DNA of 64,000 nucleotides from Deltaproteobacteria bacterium (GTDB lineage Bacteria; Myxococcota; Kuafuiibacteriia; Kuafuiibacteriales; Kuafuiibacteriaceae): NCBI GenBank assembly GCA_040218735.1, contig JAVJQW010000018.1, positions 256,001 to 320,000 of the forward strand, read 5' to 3'. Shown piece by piece: positions 58,685 to 64,000 of this stretch (position 1 is its first letter; each line of letters starts with the position of its first letter). The notes under the pieces were generated by a model. It saw only the letters and a program-made list of their open reading frames with translations, ran no database searches and was not told where the DNA came from. The position numbers and the translations under genes were made by a program.

Positions 58685-60049
58685 ATGATGAGCGAGACGA
58701 TTCCGACGTTTCCGGGGGTGCCGGTGCTCGGCGCGCTCCCCGCGGTGCGTCGCGACATGCTGCGTACGTTCGTGCGTGCGGCGAAGCTCGGCGACGTCGT
58801 GCACCTGCCGTTCCCCGGACGCCAGGGGTACCTCATCGTGCACCCCGATCTGATCAAACACGTCCTCGTCGACAATCATAAGAACTACGGCAAGGGCACG
58901 CGCGGCTACCGGATGCTTCGGCTCGCGTTGGGCGAGGGCCTCGTCACGAGTGAGGGGGAGTTCTGGCGGAGGCAGCGTCGCATCGCGCAGCCCGCGTTTC
59001 ATCACCAGCGCATCGCGGCGTTCGCGGAGACGATGGTGACGTCGACGGAGCGGATGCTCGACCAGTGGGCGCAGCACGATTCGACGAAGGTGATCGACAT
59101 CGACGCCGAGATGATGCGCGTGACGTTGGAGATCGTCGGGCTCTGTCTGATGAGCACGGATCTCGCGGACGAGTCCGGCGTGGTGGGGGGCGCGATCACC
59201 GAGGTCCTCGAGGGGACGGTGAAGCGTGTGCAGAACCCGCTGACGCTCCCGCTCGAGGTACCCACGCCAGGGAACCGTCGCTTCGTCCGTGCGCTGAGTC
59301 GGTTGGACGAGGTGGTCTACGGGATCATTCGTGAGCGCCAGGGGATGCAGTCGCCGCCTCAGGATCTCCTCACGATGTTCATGGAGGCGGTCGACGAGGA
59401 GACCGGCGAGCGCATGAACGAAAAACACCTGCGCGATGAGGTGCTCACGATGGTGTCCGCGGGGCACGAGACCACCGCGAATGCGCTGACGTGGACGTTC
59501 TACCTGCTGTCGCAGCACGCCGAGGAGGCGGAGAAGCTGCGCGCCGAGCTCGCCGCCGTGCTCGGCGGCCGCTCGCCGACGCTCGAAGATCTCCCGAACC
59601 TCCCGTACACCGACGCGGTCGTGAAGGAGTCGATGCGGCTCCTCCCGCCGGTCTGGATGATCGCGCGCTCGGTGATCGACGACGACGTCATCGGCGGCCA
59701 CACGATCCCGGCCGGCTCGATGGTCTTCCTCAACACCTACGTCACCCACCGCGACCCGCGCTTCTTCGAGGCCCCGGAGCGCTTCATGCCGGAGCGCTTC
59801 GCGCGCGGCGATGTCGACCGCCAGCCGAAGTACGCCTACTTCCCCTTCGCGGGCGGTCCGCGGGTGTGCATCGGCAACAGCTTCGCGGCGATGGAGGCGA
59901 AGCTCCTGCTCGCGACGATCGCCCAACGCTACGCACCGCGCCTCGCGCCGGGCCACGACGTCACGCCGATCCCCACGGTGACGCTGCGTCCCAAGTACGG
60001 GATGCGGATGTTCCTGGAGCGCGTGGACCGGTCGAAGGCCGCGGCCTGA
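58685..60049 (+). CDS. Cytochrome P450
   Basis: AGHETT (I helix), ESMR (ExxR), PERF, FAGGPRVCIG heme motif; GGGGAGG RBS. Confidence 0.96.
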   Translation: MMSETIPTFPGVPVLGALPAVRRDMLRTFVRAAKLGDVVHLPFPGRQGYLIVHPDLIKHVLVDNHKNYGKGTRGYRMLRLALGEGLVTSEGEFWRRQRRIAQPAFHHQRIAAFAETMVTSTERMLDQWAQHDSTKVIDIDAEMMRVTLEIVGLCLMSTDLADESGVVGGAITEVLEGTVKRVQNPLTLPLEVPTPGNRRFVRALSRLDEVVYGIIRERQGMQSPPQDLLTMFMEAVDEETGERMNEKHLRDEVLTMVSAGHETTANALTWTFYLLSQHAEEAEKLRAELAAVLGGRSPTLEDLPNLPYTDAVVKESMRLLPPVWMIARSVIDDDVIGGHTIPAGSMVFLNTYVTHRDPRFFEAPERFMPERFARGDVDRQPKYAYFPFAGGPRVCIGNSFAAMEAKLLLATIAQRYAPRLAPGHDVTPIPTVTLRPKYGMRMFLERVDRSKAAA

Positions 60050-60050
60050 C

Positions 60051-61040
60051 CTACTTCTTCGACATCTTCGCGAGCGCTTCGCCGAGGTTCGGCTTGGCGA
60101 GGCCGCGCTCGGTGGCGATGCCGCGGATCCACGCGGCCGGCGTGACGTCGAAGGCGGGGTTGCGGACCTTGACGCCCTCCGGGGCGACGCGCACGCCGCG
60201 CACCGTCGTGACCTCCTCGGCGTTGCGCTCTTCGATCTCGATCAGGTCGCCGCTCGCGAGTGACATGTCGACCGTCGACCACGGGGCCGCGACGTAGAAC
60301 GGGCGGCCGTGGTGATAGAAGAGGCACGCCACGCCGCGGGTGCCGATCTTGTTCGCGGCGTCGCCGTTCGCGGCGATGCGGTCCGCGCCGGTGACCGCCA
60401 CGTCGACCTGCTCGGTGGCGAGCAGGTGGGCCACGGCGCCGTCGGCGACGACCGTGACGTCGACGCCGTCGCGCATCAGCTCCCACGCGGTGAGGCGTGC
60501 GCCCTGGAGCACCGGGCGGGTCTCGTCGGCGAACACACGGATGTTCTTCTTCGCGCGGTGCGCGCCGCGGATCACCGCGAGGGCGGTACCGAGCTCGGCG
60601 GTCGCGAGGGCGCCCGCGTTGCAGTGCGTGAGGATCGACGCGCCGTCTTCGATGATCTCCTCGCCGATCTTCGCCATCGCTTCGCTCGCGGCGACCTCCT
60701 CGTCGTAGATCGCCTGCGCTTCGGTCTCGATCGCTGCGGTGTCGTCCCCCCACTTCGCCTTCATGCGGTCGAGCGCCCAGAAGAGGTTCACCGCGGTAGG
60801 GCGCGTGCGTCGCAGGCGGGCGTCCGCTTCCTCGAACGGAACCCCGGTGCGCGCCGCGACCGCCATCCCGTACGCGGCGGTGATGCCGATCGCCGGGGCG
60901 CCGCGCACCACCATCGTCTCGATCGCACGCGCGACGTCCTCGACCGTGGTGAGGTCGACGTAGGTCTCCTCCGTGGGGAGCTTGGTCTGGTCGATCAGCG
61001 TGACCGTGCCCGGCGCGTAGCGGACGGTGAAGAAAGACAT
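60051..61040 (-). CDS. mtnA: S-methyl-5-thioribose-1-phosphate isomerase
   Basis: VRGAPAIG, RPTAVNL, LTHCNAGALAT, DETRPVLQGARLTAWEL, ANKIGT, NPAFDVTP. Confidence 0.96.
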   Translation of the reverse strand: MSFFTVRYAPGTVTLIDQTKLPTEETYVDLTTVEDVARAIETMVVRGAPAIGITAAYGMAVAARTGVPFEEADARLRRTRPTAVNLFWALDRMKAKWGDDTAAIETEAQAIYDEEVAASEAMAKIGEEIIEDGASILTHCNAGALATAELGTALAVIRGAHRAKKNIRVFADETRPVLQGARLTAWELMRDGVDVTVVADGAVAHLLATEQVDVAVTGADRIAANGDAANKIGTRGVACLFYHHGRPFYVAAPWSTVDMSLASGDLIEIEERNAEEVTTVRGVRVAPEGVKVRNPAFDVTPAAWIRGIATERGLAKPNLGEALAKMSKK

Positions 61041-61043
61041 GGT

Positions 61044-62516
61044 TCAGCGCTCCTTCAGCCGCTCGGCGATCAGCTGGTTCACGAGCGGCGGTTTGGCTTT
61101 GCCCTTCGTGGCGCGCATGACCTGGCCCACGAAGAAGCTGATGATCTTCTTGTTCCCGCCGGCGAGCTTCTCGACCTCGTCGGGGTGTTTGGCGAACAGC
61201 TCGTCGACGATGGGACCGAGGACCGCCGGGTCGTCGACCTGGCCGCCCATCGAATCCATCAACGCCTTCACGCTGCCACCGTCGCGCCACAGCTTCGCGA
61301 ACATCTTCTTCTGCTGCGTGGAGCTGATGTCGTCGGCGTCGCGGAGGCGCACCAGCTCGGCGAGCTCCTCGGGGGAGAGCTTCGAGTCGCGGATGGCCGC
61401 CGGGTCGTCCTTCAGCTCGCGGAGGACCTCACCCTTGATGAGGTTCGCGATGCCGAGCGCAGCCTCGGGGCGCGCGTCGATCGCGGCGTCGAAGTAACGC
61501 GCGACGGCCGGCTCGTCGACGAACGCGCGTGCGTGTTCGTCCGGGATGCCGAGGGTCTCGACGTAGCGTGTGTACTTCGCGGCGGGCAGCTCGCCGATCG
61601 TCGCGCGGAGGCGTTCGATGCGCTCCGGCGCCACCACGAGCGGCGGCAGATCGGGATCCGGAAAGTAGCGGTAGTCGTGCGCCTCTTCCTTGCCGCGCAT
61701 CGAACGGGTCTCGCGTTTGGCGCTGTCGTAGAGGCGGGTCTCCTGGACGATGGCGCCGCCGTCGTCGATCACCCGCGCGTGACGGAGGATCTCCACCTCG
61801 ATCGCCTGCTCCACGTAGCGAAACGAGTTGATGTTCTTCAGCTCGCAGCGCGTACCGAGCTCGGTCTCGCCGATCGGGCGGATCGAGACGTTGGCGTCGC
61901 AGCGGAACGACCCCTCCTCCATGTTGCCGTCGCAGACCCCCAGCGCGACGAGCACGGCCCGAAGCGCGCGCAGGTAGTTGGCGGCGTCTTGCGCGCTGCG
62001 CAGATCCGGTTTGCTGACGATCTCGATCAGCGGCACCCCCGCGCGGTTGTAGTCGACGAGTGACACCGGGGAGCCGGCTTCGTGCGACGTCTTCCCGGCG
62101 TCCTCCTCCATGTGGATCCGCTCGATGCGAATCGTGGTGGGGGTGCCGTCCGCGCCGCGGATCTCGAGGTGGCCGTCGGTGCAGATCGGACGGTCGTACT
62201 GCGAGATCTGGTAGCCCTTGGGGAGGTCCGGATAGAAGTACTGCTTGCGCGCCCACGTGCTTCGCTCGTGCACTGTGCAGCCGAGCGCGAGGCCGGCGCG
62301 CACCGCCATGTCGACCGCGCCCTCGTTGAGCACCGGCAACATGCCCGGCATCCCGAAGCAGTAGGCGGTGACGAAGTGGTTGGGGCGCTCCGGGTCGTAG
62401 GCGTTGGGTGCGTCGCTGAAGAGCTTCGACCGGGTGCTCAGCTGCGCGTGCACCTCGAGACCGATGACCGCCTCGTAGCGCGAGAGCGCCTCGTCGAGCG
62501 TGGCCGCGAACGCCAT
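61044..62516 (-). CDS. gatB: Asp-tRNA(Asn)/Glu-tRNA(Gln) amidotransferase subunit B
   Basis: IGLEVHAQL, YFYPDLPKGYQISQ, HMEEDAGK, RCDANVS, DYRYFPDPDL. Confidence 0.97.
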   Translation of the reverse strand: MAFAATLDEALSRYEAVIGLEVHAQLSTRSKLFSDAPNAYDPERPNHFVTAYCFGMPGMLPVLNEGAVDMAVRAGLALGCTVHERSTWARKQYFYPDLPKGYQISQYDRPICTDGHLEIRGADGTPTTIRIERIHMEEDAGKTSHEAGSPVSLVDYNRAGVPLIEIVSKPDLRSAQDAANYLRALRAVLVALGVCDGNMEEGSFRCDANVSIRPIGETELGTRCELKNINSFRYVEQAIEVEILRHARVIDDGGAIVQETRLYDSAKRETRSMRGKEEAHDYRYFPDPDLPPLVVAPERIERLRATIGELPAAKYTRYVETLGIPDEHARAFVDEPAVARYFDAAIDARPEAALGIANLIKGEVLRELKDDPAAIRDSKLSPEELAELVRLRDADDISSTQQKKMFAKLWRDGGSVKALMDSMGGQVDDPAVLGPIVDELFAKHPDEVEKLAGGNKKIISFFVGQVMRATKGKAKPPLVNQLIAERLKER

Positions 62517-62545
62517 GCTCCGCGTCGTAGCACGAGTGGCGGCGA

Positions 62546-63976
62546 TTATTCAGCTGCCGCCGCCCGGAGCAGATCCCCGCAGCCGCCGCAGTGGAGGGGG
62601 GCTCTGTTCCAGCGACGGCGCGACAGGTGCACGGGGACCCGCAGCTGGTCACCGCACCGCCCGCAGTCGAAACACGCAGGGGCGGGGACGCCGCAGCCCG
62701 CGCAGAAGTCGTCCGCCGCGCCGAGCCCGTGCCCGCACGCGGCGCAGTACAGGCCCTCGCGGTCCGGCGCCGCACGCTCCGACGACGCGCGCGCGCCGAG
62801 GTCGGTGAGCGCACGCGTCAATGCACGTGCGCGGCTGGCGACGTCCCGTGGCTGGATCTTGGGGACGGCCGCGTCCGCTTCGTGGAGGACCCGGGCGTGG
62901 AGCGCTTCGGCCTCGTCGACGAGCCTTCGAATCTCGGCGGCGAGCGACGCACGTCCCCGGCGGTTCGAGGCAGAGCGGACCCCTCGATCGCCCCGCGGGG
63001 CAGCGTCGCCACGCACGTGCGCGTCGTCGTCGCCGAGCCCGGGCGGGTGTTCGTCGCCGTGCGTAGGCGTCGAGCGTCGTAAATCGCGACCCGCGACGCC
63101 GTGCCCCGCGGCCCGCTCGCGCTCCGCCGACGGGGCCGCTGCAACCGCGTCACTCAGAACATGGAGCGCCGTCCACATCGCCGCCCACGCGGACTCGTTC
63201 GCGCCGCGGAGCGCTTCCGTCGCGGCGTCGAGTCTTTCGGCGTGCTCGCGGACCCGCACCGCGGCCTCCTCTGCGCGCGACACGCTGTGCGCTTCGTCGC
63301 CGTTCGGGAGCACGGCGCGCAGCACCTGGCGGTGACGCACGACTTCGGCGCGCTCCAACGCGAGGTCCTGCGCCGTGTCGTCGAGCGCCCAGCGCGCGCG
63401 GTCGAGGGCTTCGTCGGCCGACGCACGTGCGGCGTCGAGGATGTGTTGCGCCCGGTCGCGTTCGCGCTGGTGTCGTTCCTTCTCACGCGCGGCTTCACGC
63501 GCCACACGATGCTCCGCGCGGCCGGCGCTCCAGCGCCGGTACGTCGCCGTCACGTACATCAGCGCGCCGACGGCGAAGGTCGTCCACACCACGACGCGAT
63601 GTGCCGGCCACCCCACCGAAGCGACGACCGCTGCGTAGGTCAGCACCGCGACCGGCAGCGCGCGGGTGAGCGCGAAGCCCGTCGCCGTCACCCGCGCGAC
63701 GTGAAAGGTCAGCAGCGGAAGCGCGACGACGGACGCCGCGGCGAGCGCGACGGGGAGCTCCACACGGAGGCCCAGTACGCCGAGCAACACGAAGAAGGTC
63801 GCGTAGTCGAGCGCGAGCAGCGCGAAGTGCGGGAGGCGGAACGTGTCGAGCCGACCGGGCGCGCTCCCCTCGCTCGTGAACCAGAACCCCGCCCCGAACA
63901 ACAGCACGCCGAGCGCGGCGAATCGGAACAGCGCGAGGAGCCGCCCGAGCGGCGTGTGCACCGGCGCGAGGTCCAC
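62546..63976 (-). CDS. Membrane protein with coiled coil and C-terminal zinc-ribbon motifs
   Basis: About 5 N-terminal TM helices, charged coiled coil, CAAC/CAGC/CGRC/CGGC at the C-terminus; true start may lie beyond the window. Confidence 0.65.
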   Translation of the reverse strand: MDLAPVHTPLGRLLALFRFAALGVLLFGAGFWFTSEGSAPGRLDTFRLPHFALLALDYATFFVLLGVLGLRVELPVALAAASVVALPLLTFHVARVTATGFALTRALPVAVLTYAAVVASVGWPAHRVVVWTTFAVGALMYVTATYRRWSAGRAEHRVAREAAREKERHQRERDRAQHILDAARASADEALDRARWALDDTAQDLALERAEVVRHRQVLRAVLPNGDEAHSVSRAEEAAVRVREHAERLDAATEALRGANESAWAAMWTALHVLSDAVAAAPSAERERAAGHGVAGRDLRRSTPTHGDEHPPGLGDDDAHVRGDAAPRGDRGVRSASNRRGRASLAAEIRRLVDEAEALHARVLHEADAAVPKIQPRDVASRARALTRALTDLGARASSERAAPDREGLYCAACGHGLGAADDFCAGCGVPAPACFDCGRCGDQLRVPVHLSRRRWNRAPLHCGGCGDLLRAAAAE

Positions 63977-64000
63977 GCGGATGGGGCGCGTCGCGACGAG

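Noticed and set aside
60051-62516. mtnA/gatB as part of the arginase-JmjC-P450 locus
   Set aside because: Housekeeping operon on the opposite strand converging on the P450. mtnA is kept only as weak support for the alternative polyamine interpretation.

Overview
A very GC-rich bacterial window, most likely from a Myxococcota or related deltaproteobacterial genome. Supporting this are a TIGR02266-type PilZ protein, an AgmX/PglI-type C-terminal domain, an AglRQS-like motor triad, several Ser/Thr kinases and many Cys-rich lipoproteins. It holds about 57 densely packed CDS. Housekeeping genes include yigZ, scoA/scoB, an rlmD-like gene, rarD, miaB, xerD, an htrA-family protease, mtnA and gatB. There is also a two-gene Rieske/cytochrome b-diheme c complex, an HD-GYP response regulator with a sigma54-type promoter, a GMC oxidoreductase operon, and several envelope or signalling modules (OM barrel-ECF sigma-FecR/TPR-lipoprotein; kinase-TPR-Calx-beta adhesin). 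I saw no rRNA, tRNA, CRISPR array or mobile element. The best candidate for an undescribed system is at about 55.5-60.0 kb. It comprises an arginase-family enzyme with an N-terminal RRE/PqqD-like extension, a 176-aa unknown protein with a leader-like motif and Arg-rich tail, a YcfD/RoxA-like JmjC oxygenase, a convergent 133-aa protein with an RRxxRxx heptad N-terminus, and a divergent P450. Together these suggest an arginine-tailoring RiPP or protein-modification locus. All family calls come from motif recognition by eye; no database searches were run.
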